A DNA stretch of 38,466 nt. Origin: Trichinella spiralis (lineage: Eukaryota). Below, piece after piece: positions 1 to 14,700 of this stretch. The notes below the pieces were generated by a model. That model worked only from the letters and a program-made list of their open reading frames with translations, was not told the DNA's origin and did not search any database. The position numbers and the translations under genes were made by a program. The stretch spans positions 362,269 to 400,734 of the forward strand of contig NW_003526944.1 in NCBI RefSeq assembly GCF_000181795.1. Direction: 5' to 3'. Numbering within the stretch: the first letter of the stretch is position 1; each line of letters opens with the position of its first letter.

Positions 1-137
1 GCGGCGGTGTAGGAGGCGGTTCCGGTGGTAGCCAACATGCTTGCATCAACGCCATCAATAGTCCCACCTATCAGCGCTATTGCAAAACTCGTTGGAACCC
101 TGCTTTCTGTTGCAACTTGTGTCCCGGAATGTGCTAA
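1..137 (+). CDS. 3' end of a gene truncated by the window edge: Gly-rich linker plus C-terminal six-cysteine module
   Basis: Frame +3 reads GGVGGGSGGSQHACINAINSPTYQRYCKTRWNPAFCCNLCPGMC, then TAA at 135-137. GC content drops sharply after the stop. Not in the ORF track because no start codon lies in the window. Confidence 0.7.
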   Translation, partial: GGVGGGSGGSQHACINAINSPTYQRYCKTRWNPAFCCNLCPGMC

Positions 138-716
138 TTGTCATATTTCTTGCTGGATTATCATTGCTCTATCTTGCTTTTCCATTTTTTCCTTTTTATT
201 ATTATCACCTTTTCGTCAAATTGACAATCTAAGCATAAAGTTTTATTTTTTATATTTCCAGATAATTGCAAACTTAGCACATATTTTAATGGTATATTGC
301 CACAAAAAAAGTGAAAGAAAAAACGTTTCACAGCGTTGTTTGCTTCGTCTGTCAAAATAAAAACTCCACCATTGTGCATCCGGTTGAAAATAAGTCATGC
401 ACTTTACAGAACGTCAACAGATGTAAACGAATAAAAAATAAATATTGCTTTTCATCGTTGATTTGTTGATCTTTTTGTTTGTCTTTCAATAATTTTATGA
501 AAAAGTTTATGAAGTTATTACGTAACAAATCTTGAAAATCATTAAAGATATTTACAGTAAATTCAATAGCTGTACTTGTAATGTGAAAGGCTCTTAATTA
601 GAATAAGTTTTAAAATACAGTGGCGTTATTTAGAGTTTCGTTTTAATCTCTTTTTTACTTTAAGATCATTATCGTTTGGTTAACTTATTTCATACTGTTC
701 ATTTTTTCAGACCGAT

Positions 717-1179
717 ATGATTCACCTCATAATCGGTATCCTGTTTTTTCTCTGTTTTACGATATTGTTGTTGTTATGTACAAACGTAAGTTTACATAAT
801 TATTTTGTTCATCTTTATTCTGTTTTGATGAGTGATATTTTATACATCTCTTATTGCAGAAAGGCACTTTGTCTGGTGGCCAAATTCCCCCTGCTGTCGA
901 GAAGCTAAACGTATTTTTTTTTGTTGCATTATGTTGTAATTTAAAAAAGTGATATTATTTTCCAGGATTCGTCACCCACTAAGGATGAGTCGCCGCCGCA
1001 AAGCGTTGTATGCGTTTGTTATAATTGTGGCTGAATTTAACAAGTGATTTTTTTAATTTTAGACTGGAAAGTCGGTTGAACAGCAAGTTGAGCAGAAAAC
1101 TTTAACAACAACGAACTCTACTGATGTAAAATCCCAAGAAGACTCCACATTGATGGTGTCTTTTGAACATCCTAATTGA
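717..1179 (+). CDS. Small orphan protein, 92 aa, N-terminal hydrophobic signal/anchor plus polar S/T/P/E/K-rich tail; 4 exons
   Basis: Exons 717-785, 860-910, 966-1007, 1063-1179. Three GT-AG introns (74, 55, 55 nt), all phase 0, join without stops: MIHLIIGILFFLCFTILLLLCTN/KGTLSGGQIPPAVEKLN/DSSPTKDESPPQSV/TGKSVEQQVEQKTLTTTNSTDVKSQEDSTLMVSFEHPN*. A TTTTCAG acceptor ends at 710. Confidence 0.7.
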
Positions 1180-2237
1180 ATAATACCACCGTATTGAAAG
1201 CATTGTTAAAGATGTAGCCCAATGTAGTTTTTAGTAATTTTATGCATTTATACATATCATTCATGTATCACATATTTTAGCGGTAGTTAATTAAAAATGT
1301 TATCATCATTTGTTTGATTGATTGTTTGTTTGTAAAATCTTTGCTTAATGTATAAAGCAGGGGTTTTCAACTGCTACTTTTTGAGTTAACAAATTCCATC
1401 AATACCTTACAATTAAACTTTTTTATAAATTAGCGTGCACCGCGACAAAACGGTTGCAGTCCATTATTTTAAACAAACACTGCAAGTAATCTGACGAGCT
1501 TGTCCGTAATTATTGTCTGAATCTGTGCTAGTGAATAGTACACTGCTTGTTCATCAACATAAAAACAGTTAACAGTCACTCAGGCCCGGATAATGTAAAA
1601 CTAGTACTTCACAGATCGCCTATTGTCAAAACTACAAATGATTTACATAAGCTCAACTTTTGAATAATGTTTTTCATAATCGAATCTTTTCAACAGCAAT
1701 GATTCCTCATCAACATTGAATTTATCTATACGGTAATAAGTTTAATGAAAAAGATTTTCATTGAAATATAAATTATAGAAATTATTATGATAAATAAAAA
1801 TAAAATTTTCGAATAATATAAATTATCAATGTTGGTTTTTCAAATATATTGCCTTATATCCTTAAACTTTCATTTTATGCAACATGGCTGGCGTAAAATG
1901 CATTTTATAACAAATATTAAGCAGTATATATGGTCAACCATCAACGTGAACTAATTTAATCATATAAGTTATAAAAGAAGCTGCAATTTCATTCAAAATA
2001 TACAACCCAAAAAATATTTTTTACACGTCATACATTAAATACTAATTCTACGGCATTCTTTTCATTTATATTACTAAAAGTGTAAAAGCTGCTAATAAAT
2101 ATTTCGTGAATATTACTTTTTAAAATTACGTTTCACTTTTTCAAAATAGTGTTACAGTTTAATTTCAATAAACAAAAGAATTTTCAATCCAATTTTATTC
2201 ATCATTTCACATTGCCTCAGTGTGATTTAGCATTGTA

Positions 2238-3082
2238 TCACATGCCTTTTGTCTTTGCTGCAAGACGTTTTGCTCTTTCATCACCAATGGACAGCTTAAT
2301 TCCTTTGCACGAAGGAAGACTAATCAATGGATCTTTACCTTTACCAATGACAAATATATAATTCAAACGTGTGGCAAATGTGCTTCCTGTGGTATCTCGA
2401 ACGTGGACAATATCAAAAGAACCAGGATGACGTTCGCGATGAGTGATAATTCCAACTCGTCCTACGTTATGACCACCAGTCACCATACATACATTGCCGG
2501 TATCGAATTTCACAAAGTCTACAATTTTGTTTTTCTCAATGTTGTACACAATGCTGTCGTTTGCTTTAATCAGTGGATCTGGATAGCGTATAGTTCGACC
2601 ATCATGAGTAATAATCATTGGAATATTTTTCGGACCAACCATGACTTTCCTTACCTAAATACTCTATCAAAATTAAATGAAAAATCGCAAACAAAAAACA
2701 TTAGTACTTTGCATAATTTAAGCTTGGATTCTTCGTGAGAGATACGATGGACAACGTAACGGCCTTTCACATCATAAATTAGTCGAAAGTGTTCTCCCGT
2801 TCGGTCAATTGTGATCACATCCATGAAACCAGCAGGATAAGTAAGATCAGTGCGGACCTTTCCGTCAACTTTTATCAACCGCTGCATCATTATCTTTTTG
2901 GCTTCGTCATACGTCAGCGCGTACTTCAATCGGTTTCGAATAAACAAAATTAACGGTAAACATTCGCGGAGCTTGTGTGGACCAGGACTTGGTCTGGGAG
3001 CAAACGTCCCCGAAAGTTTATCCAACATCCAATGGCGTGGAGCATTAAGACGTTTCAAATGTTTCTTCGGACCTCGAGCCAT
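2238..3082 (-). CDS. rps-4: 40S ribosomal protein S4 (eS4), 263 aa, 2 coding exons
   Basis: [15 protein letters not shown] start; [12 protein letters not shown] and [12 protein letters not shown] motifs. Exons 3082-2708 and 2654-2238 with a 53-nt GT-AG intron giving KLCK/VRKV. Confidence 0.98.
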
Positions 3083-4174
3083 ATTTATTACTAAAATGAA
3101 ACTGATACAAAAAGTTTATAAACTACAATATGAATTTTATTTCATTCCACAAATTGCAGCACAAATGCAATCCTGGCGCGCAATTAATCAACTAACGTCA
3201 GCGAAATAGCTTAACGATATGCAGACAAACGGCGGACAGAAATCAAACTTTGGAAAAGCACTACATAGTTAACAAAATATTTTTTGAAGTCTAAACGGTG
3301 AATAATAATAATTACAGACAAAGGGGAATCATTAACACACTTTTGTGTTACAAGAAATAACAATCGCGTTGGTCATACAGTAATATTGCATAAAGGTATA
3401 AATACAAAATAATTAGATAAAAATAATGAAATAAAAGGGGAAATGGTTTATAAAAATTCCCATTACTCAATAATATAATTAATAAAATAATTATTTAAAG
3501 CATTTTCAAATAATGCGCATCTTTTGGCATGAAAAACAAAAATAAACACATTGGCAAATACAGTATAAAATGAAAGTAATTAATGAAAAATTGCAAACTT
3601 ATTAAATGCATTTTTTGAACTCGAATTTGATTAAGCATAATTTCTGTTTTTACATTGATTGGCAATTATAAATGGAAATTGTTAATACTAACATAATAGC
3701 CGTTAAACACAATACTTCGACTTAAAACATGCATTCATGCTTTGAAAAATGTGCATTTTGTTATATCAACTAAGAGCTGAGAAATTCAACGAACTGACAC
3801 AATGAGTTAATGAAATATAAAGTTGTACAATTCATTGTTCTAAAAGGATGAATGACAAAATATATTCATTGTATAATGTTTGCGATTTACTCATCTTTCT
3901 TCCCATCCATGACTATATACATTCATTTGTCGAATATTATTATTTGCGTTAACACAAACTATTTTAAACATTAGAGAATCTTTTGATATTCAAATGTTTT
4001 TTGCGTACGGTTTTCACCATGAGGATGTACATTATTTACGACTCTTGCAGCTTTTGTAGATCAATGATCAATTTTGAATATGTGAAAAGGCTTTGAAGAG
4101 TTATTTATTGTGAAATTTTCATGTCATGCTACAAACTTAATTTATAATAACTGTTCTCATTTTCATTGATCTAT

Positions 4175-4216
4175 AAAGTTCCAGAATTCCGCCTAATGGA
4201 TGAATTCTGGAATTTT
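4175..4216. promoter_or_regulatory. Candidate distal heat-shock elements arranged as an inverted repeat
   Basis: TTCCAGAATTC (4179-4189) and its exact reverse complement GAATTCTGGAA (4202-4212), 12-nt spacer. Each arm contains an nTTCnnGAAn HSE core. About 700 bp upstream of the hsp-90 ATG. Confidence 0.5.
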
Positions 4217-4787
4217 GGTTTGAATTAAGAAATGAGATATAAAAAAGTCGAAGAAATTTCTAAATTAAAGCAATATTTATATTAAACAACAAAGAATTTA
4301 AGAAATTGTAGTATTAACTTTGTAGAATTTATCCAAAATAAATTTTTTTACTTAAAAAATCTTAGCTTTTAGATGTAATATAAGATAACGCTTAAACATT
4401 ACTCATCATATCAACTTAAATTCGCATTGCTTTTTAGTAAATTTTACATTTCACCAAATATTCACCACTTTTAATAGGATTTTTTAATTAAATATCATTA
4501 AAATATTTTTATTATTTAAATTTAAATAAAAATTGCAAATAATATTAATTATTTTATTAGAATAATGAATAATCCTTTGTTTTTGTAATAAGGTCTTGCT
4601 TTTCTTTATCAAAAAATTCTGTAGAGGTCACAGTAGGATAATTCATTTGTTTCTAATTTTAAGCGAAATATTAATTTGAAAAATATTAGATTATTAAATC
4701 CTGATATATAAATTTACACTTGAATTTTTTATATTAATTTCACTCACCTTTCTTGCAATTTTAATGAAACATTTCTTGATTATCATT

Positions 4788-7432
<2,645 letters not shown>

Positions 7433-7501
7433 ATTAAGCAGAGATTGTTTACTTACAGTTATAGATGGTCAATATTCTGAAATATGCTTATGAGAAATTA
7501 T

Positions 7502-7507
7502 AATAAA
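7502..7507 (+). terminator. Likely hsp-90 polyadenylation signal
   Basis: AATAAA about 70 nt after the stop codon, followed by a T-rich tract. Confidence 0.5.
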
Positions 7508-8794
7508 ATATTCTTTTTTTTTTACAATAGTGAAGTTGGCTTATGAGATCGAGTTGAAAATTATTAATGTTAAATTAGAGCAACATCAAGTGATGACTAC
7601 ACGTTTTATTCACTCTTGAGTTCTAACGTAAGTGTTTTTGGAAAGAACGAACTTGTTTTCTCGAGATGCCTAGCGAATTAAAAAAACAGGGTAATGTGTT
7701 GTTCTTTGTAAGTGGTACCTTTGTGAATAATGTTTTTTGAATAGTTTCTATTCAGTATTTACCAAAGAAAAATTTTTGAAGAACTAAAGTGAGCTTTACC
7801 GTTTCAGTAAGAAAACATTGCGAAATGCATTTCAGTTTCAGTTGTGCGTTTGTTTTAGACCAAAAAATCTTCCAATTACTGATTAAAACAAAGATGCTGA
7901 AAAATAGTTTGCAGGTTTGCGCTTTGCAGATTGGCAACTAAGTTTTAACGTAAAGTCATTTCAGGCTGGTAGTATTTGTTTGAAAAATTGTTTCTCAACA
8001 ATTTGCATATAATGTCAAAATTATTTTGCAATAACGTTTAACATTTTTATGTAAGTAGCTTGAATTTTATTTATCGCATTTGATGTGCTATTTGGAAATA
8101 ATAATTCATTTAAGAAAGTAGTTCTAGATGAAACGAAACATTTTTGGGAAAGAAGTTGTAATGGTTTTCAAATGTACATTTATTACTATCCTCCAGAATA
8201 CATGTATACAGAGGAAAAGTTTCATAAATGTGTGTACTGAACATATATGTATGTATTTAATTATAGATCTTTATTTTTTAGTTACAGTTAAGAAAGTTTG
8301 CTTTGATAGGTTTTAGGTTTGCAAATTGTAGAGTAGTTGAACAGACAAATGGTAAATATGTTGATGATGTTATGTGATCGTTGACCAATTTAAAGTGGCC
8401 AGAAACAGTTGATTGCTTGTCATAATGCTGTAATTATTATTGAACACACTGGCCGTTTATCGACCTCTGTGTGAAGAATGAATGATAAGAAAATTAATAA
8501 GAGAGAAAGCAAGCTTTTCGATGCTTTGCCGGGTCAAATATCAACTCTGCCAACAGGTGGCGTTACGTTCAACGTAACGAATGATTTTCACCGGTGAAGC
8601 AGATTGTCGTCGATGAAGATTGGTACAGCTAGAATTTTTACAGGTCACTTTGCATTTGTATTTCATTTTTAAGTTACAACCTAGAAGAGACCAACTGCAT
8701 CTGTACATATGTATATGCGGGCATATGCGTATGCGTTCTTATGCATGTGCAAAGAAGCGAAATTTTATTTCAACTACATTAATATATTATATTA

Positions 8795-11700
8795 ATGGAA
8801 ATGGTAGATTTGTTTGGTTTAAAGTTTATTGATGTTGTCCAGCTTTACAGTCGACAGTTTCAAAAAACGACGTCGACATTTTGTTTATTTTTACTTTTAT
8901 CTACATCAACCGCTTCAGTAATAATGAATAAGAGTACTGATATGCGGTTTTCAAGAAAAGACTGCTCAAAGCGTATGGAAAATATACGAATTCGTTTGGA
9001 TATGGATGACGATCACTACTACCGTGACTCTTCTTTTAAATCATTTGTTGCTGGTAAGCATGTGTTAGTTTTTTTTATTTTATTATTTTATCGAACAACA
9101 ACAACAGTAAGCATATTTGTAATTTGAACTGGTATAAACAGTGCTGCTTTTCAAAGTGCTTGACAATAGCACAAAGTCAACACTGTTGTTTTAGTTTATG
9201 AGAAAGCATGCCAAGCTGTCATCTTGTCAGATTGACTCAAGCACTAGATAAGCATTGTTTCCTTTGTTTTCTTGTCACTCAAGCGGAACAAGACCATCGA
9301 CTGTGAACATCTGCTTGAAACGTAGAACTTTGTACACTTCCTGCCGATGGAATTTTTTGTTCTGTTGGCCAAAAATTTTTGGGACATCCGGCTTCAGAAT
9401 TCTTTTTTCTTTTTGCATGCACATTTTGATAGCTAAATGCACGATTGGAAGTCTCTCACTGAAGTTGGAAATGATGAATTCGAGTCCCATCTCACCGATG
9501 TAGAAAAAACGGAACAGTTGTGTTAAATGGAAATATATTGATGTAAAGATAATAAGTGTTGCACACCTGCTCTGAAAATATATTTCCATTTAAGTTTCAT
9601 ATTTCACTTCTACTTTATTAAAGTTGGAATATATATATATATTATATATTATATATTATATGCAGACGGTATAAATATGTATGTGTATGAACAGTATATT
9701 TTCATTTAATAATTATCTGCAAGGTTCTTTGTTTTCTTTTTTTATATTTTGTTTTGTTTTACTTTTTTGTTTTTTCTTTTTTAGGTGATTATGTCAATGG
9801 GATGTGCGGATTCAACTTCACCTGCTGTTCGCAGAAAATCATTGTTGACCTGATCCAAAGTAGCAAGCTTCAATTAGCAGACTGGATTCGTACCGCTAAC
9901 GCGCCACTGGTTCATTATTTAGCCGAACAACGAGTGCACATGACCGGTAAGCTTAAATTTTGCTTTCTCATATTGTCACTGATGCATATTCGGCGAAACC
10001 AATTTTCGGCATATTTAACTACAGTTGCATTGTTCAAATAGTCCAATTTTCTCTCTCTTTTTATTTTAATATTTTGCTCGTCTCAACCACCGGTGACCTT
10101 TACCAGATTGTGTCTTTGTTAATGCATAAACGCAACTAAAGATTTTTTGCGTAATATGAAATTCCTTTTTTTTCTTTGCTTTTTTTCACAATCACAAAAA
10201 AGGAAATTGTATTCTTTGTAACAAAGTGATCTATTTTTTGAACAGCTTTATTATAACTATTCTTTGAGCATTTATAAATGTTGGTGATATTAATAAGGCA
10301 TTTATTTCGTATTAAATAGTAAATGTTAAACATTATTTTTGAAACATGAAAAGTTTCAATAAGTGTGAAATGAACATTTTTCTTATGCAGTAAGTCGGCG
10401 ACGCATGTGGTATAAATTTCATGCTGTTTTATTTGATTTTATTTCAAAATGTTTCTTTCATGAATATTCAATTATCATAAATTGAAATTAATTATTAACA
10501 TACTATTGAAATTGATGATTTAACATTTTTTTTCCTTGCTTTGAAAAGTAACAATGATTTATTTCTTTTTGTTGAACTGAGCTTACTTTGAAAAAAATTT
10601 TAGACAGACAGGCATCATCCATTTCCAACAGGGGGAGTGGTTTATTTGAATGATAATGATAAAGAATAATGGAAAATAAATTTCAAAAATGCCATTGAAT
10701 ATATTTCAATTTTTGAAACCTTTTGAATAAGAATAATTTTCCATATAAAAATAAATCGACGAAAGTGAAATTGGTGGTTTTTTTTACAAAAAGGAAAAAA
10801 TGCGCGTCGACAGGCAGTACGGTATAGTATAATATAGTATAGTGGAGTGGAATTGGAATTGTTAATGGTTTGGCATAAAAAGGCTTTCACTGAATGATCG
10901 TGATGATGATAAAGGTCATGAATATTGTGCTAGGATTATAAAGGAGCGGGTTGTCGGGTTGGTCTTTTCTTTTTCAATGGCGGTCAGTCAGTGGTTTTTA
11001 GCATCATGGTAAAGTTTGAATACTGCTCATGGGTTAGTGTTGCTAGTTTCCAGCCGAGATAATGATCTTTTCATTTTTGGTCACCAACAGACGATACTGC
11101 TTGCTGGTGCAAATCACGTCACTGATGAGCAAGCGATTTCGTTAGAGGTCGACTGTGACATCTGAGTACAAAAGTAGTAATTCATTTTTTTCCTCTTTAT
11201 GCCTTTTGTTACTATGTCACTATTATTCTGACTGACACTGACTTATTGGCCACTGTCAACCTTATTATATATACATTTATTTTTTTTATCTTTTTTCATG
11301 TAAAAGTACAAACATAAATTGGCATATACATATATATATATATATTATTGTATTTATATTTATGTTTCTAGAACATAGTTTCTCATTTATTAAATGGGCA
11401 AACAGGAATAATAGCCGTGTTTTATCGTTTGTTCACTCGACTGAACCATAATCGCGTTGACACATCCTTTTGCACATAATTCATCTTTATCCTATTTGAT
11501 CATCTGCGTGACTTTTGTTGTTTCCAGATAAAATTTGACATAATTTATCATCTTCTCATTTTTAATAATCATTTCAAGATTTTATATTTCGAAATGTAAT
11601 TTTCTTTTTAAGGGGGAATAATTTTTAAAAAAGAATTTTCAAATTCTACCTATTGTGATAATTTTGTTACAAGCATAAATTTCATTTGTAGAGCAGGTGA

Positions 11701-14700
11701 ACATGTTGCTGTCGGAAGCGGAATTTGAAATTGGTCAAATGTTCAAAGAACACTTTCCACAAATTGCTACAGTAGTACGTCCGACAACTGGTCAACTTTT
11801 CAAACATCTTCGTTCGACGATGCTTGTTTGGAACGTTGGACAAGACAATATTATTATAAATCACAGTGATATGACGAACATCACCGCTGGACAAGAGAAG
11901 GCGAATTCAGGAGCCAAACTGCGTAGGATGGTGGAGCGCTTTTTTGCCAACATATTTCCACCGGTTTACGCTTGTGTGATCAACGCCGACTGTGGACGTG
12001 GATACGCGTTGAATGGAAACTATTCGAGATGTGTACGGGATGCGTTTTTGAAAATTGACCCATTCGGTGACGTGCCTTCAAGATTGGGCTTTGCCTTCGG
12101 CGAAGCTGTTACCAATTTGAGGCGTGTTCACTACTTTTTGGAGCAACTTTTGCAAACGTTGCAACAACTCGAAAACCGTTGGCAACGTTGGGCAGCAGGA
12201 GACTATTATCAGAATCCCGGCAAATTATCCCAGGAGCACAGCTGCACAGCTTTGCTAGCAAAACACTACGCTTGTCCACTGTGCAAGCCTGAAACTGACG
12301 ACGACGGCATTTTGAACCCGGCAACGTCGAAACCTTGCAATTACGAATGCGTATTCGCAGTTTCGTCTTGTCTGGAAATGATCCATCGATCTTTGCAGCC
12401 ACTCTGGTCGCAGGCTGTGAAATCTTTTTCCAAATTTATCAATTTTACCATCAAAAATGAGCACGCCGATCTTGAAGATGTTCTTCGAAATGGGCACGGT
12501 TTGATTGGTTCTCTGTACGACGCCATCATGGACAACGCCCTAGCTGCCGGACCTGAAATATCTGTCCGTCTGGTGAGCTGATATTGGAAAACCGTTGAAT
12601 TTATTTTAAAAAGAAAAGTCATAAATAATTTTCAATAGTGATGATAAAATTTCTTTTTTCAGTTTGATGAATGCGGAACTATGCAGATGGATGATAATAA
12701 TAAATCTAATCCAATAGAAAATGCAGCGCAGATTTCAGTTGCATTAGATGAACCATTGTTGAAAAAAGAAGCCGGAAAAAGTAGAGTTTACATTCGAACA
12801 GCCACTGATAAACCCAATCTCATGCATTACGCTTCCGTCGTTGCTCAGGTTGGTATTTAATCACTTTCTCATTGTGTTAATTATTGGTTTAATTCTTATT
12901 GTTTATGGTTTTTCCAAATTTTCATTTTCAAATACAAATTGAATATATTTTAATTTTTTTTCAGAATTTGTCAATATTTTATGCGGATTGGATAAGTCAA
13001 ATGGCGGAGCTTGTGTGTGAAAATCCAAACGCTTCTACGAAAGCTTTTACAGTTTGTGCATCCAGCGGTTTGACAATGAAAAATGCAGTTTCTCAAAATC
13101 TGTAAGTTTTATTATTAATTTCGATTTTACATAAGTTCAAGCATGCACAATAGTGACTGATTTGTTGATAAATATAAGGTTGAATTTCCATCACTTGTAG
13201 AAGATACAATTAGCAGGAAGTAGATAGTATTATGTTGAATTGTGTATTTTTGAAAAATTATTTTTTCATTTGTTTGCTCACGCGACGATTGTTGCGCATT
13301 TGAGCTATTTGTTGTTGGAAATCAGATTTAAAAAAAATTGATTTTATCAATTTTATTGTTGAAACTTCTTTTTCATTACCAGCTGTAGTGGTTGTAATAG
13401 CAGTAGTAGCCGGTCACTTTTTAAAAATCGATCTTAATCTCACTTGATTTTTGATCATCATCAATCAAATGCTATCAATTTTATTTTGATGATTGAAAAC
13501 AATATTCGCAACTGTTTCACTGATTCAGTGGGATTTTTTTTCTTTTCTCTATGCAAATTACAGATGAATTTCAGATTTTCAAATTTATTAATATTCACGT
13601 TGTATCACATTTTTTTTCCATTGTATACACATAATTTGTCCTTTTTGTTTAAAATAATTGTTTTCTTTTGAAGATTAATTAGCATTGACAAAGTCAAAAT
13701 AGTAATAATTATTATTAGTCGATCATGAAGATGATGTGGTGGTCATCGATTAACGTTAGATAAAAGCTTAACTTTGAAATTGCTATTCTACTGGTAATGA
13801 AGCATAAATTCATTCACATATATATATATATATATATAGTGAGATTGTATTTTGGAATAATTTTTGAAATATTATTAATCCTTAGTGGTTGATGGGGAAA
13901 TTTTTTCAATTTAAGCTTGTGTCAATTTTCCTGCTTCTGATCAAATGTTTGTTCATAGTATGATCAATGAATTGAGACGGACGATTTCACAAAAGAGTCA
14001 ATCTCCTTAATTGTGAAGATTTATTTTCAAATTTAGAAGAAAAGCAGAATCAATTTCACAAGTCAATTTTATAAAATATTAGCGTTGTGTAAATTTTAAT
14101 TTTTCAACAGTATAAAGAGAACAGATTGATGATTATGTAGAAATTTCTTGAACAGCTTATCATCAAAATTGCTCAATTTACTCTTTTTATACATCCATTT
14201 AAATTGTAATTATTTTCAGTTTATTATTTGTTGGATAGATTCTTTAATGGAATAGAAAAACAACTACTGAAATTAATTGCTATTATATAAACATTGCGAG
14301 TTGTTAGAGAGTCTGCCAAACCATCTGCATCAGCACTTGTTTGGATCAGTCGACATTATATGCAAAATTTTGGTTGTCTGCTTTGTGTCTGTGTGCTTGA
14401 ATATGTCAAAGTAGTAATAATGAAGCGCGTGGTGTGCAGGAAGTGTTTAAAACTGATTTATAAGATTTAAACTGGCCAGCAGAGAATAAAGTTAAGGGCA
14501 GCATGAAAACGGACATGCACACATGTACATGTAAATGTGCGTATATATATAATTTAAATTTTTTTAAAATGTATATATGCATATGTGTACTACATGCATG
14601 CACACACACACACACACACACATGTACATAGTGCGCACACCCACGCACAGACGCACGCGTGCGTACACATTGTGAAGCGGAGTGAGTAAGAGAGAAAGCG

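Noticed and set aside
25..379. ORF-track ORFs 25..360 (+) and 161..379 (-)
   Set aside because: Alternative frames over the +3 coding end and its T-rich 3' UTR; no recognisable protein features.
1430..1735. Protein-like fragments on the minus strand downstream of rps-4 (e.g. DKFNVDEESLLLKRFDYEKHYSKVELM*)
   Set aside because: I could not assemble a start codon and consistent splice phases.
2649..2660. AG|GTAAGG at the rps-4 acceptor, resembling a recursive splice site
   Set aside because: Explained by conserved Val-Arg codons, and the intron is only 53 nt.
7666..7740. MPSELKKQGNVLFF, resembling the first helix of an Hsp90-binding TPR clamp, just downstream of hsp-90
   Set aside because: Only about 10 residues of similarity; every splice continuation I tried hits a stop without a second TPR helix.
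11098..11166. CTGATGAG with a nearby short stem, suggesting a hammerhead ribozyme or C/D snoRNA
   Set aside because: No GAAA core after stem II, and box C to box D spacing is only about 40 nt with no terminal stem.
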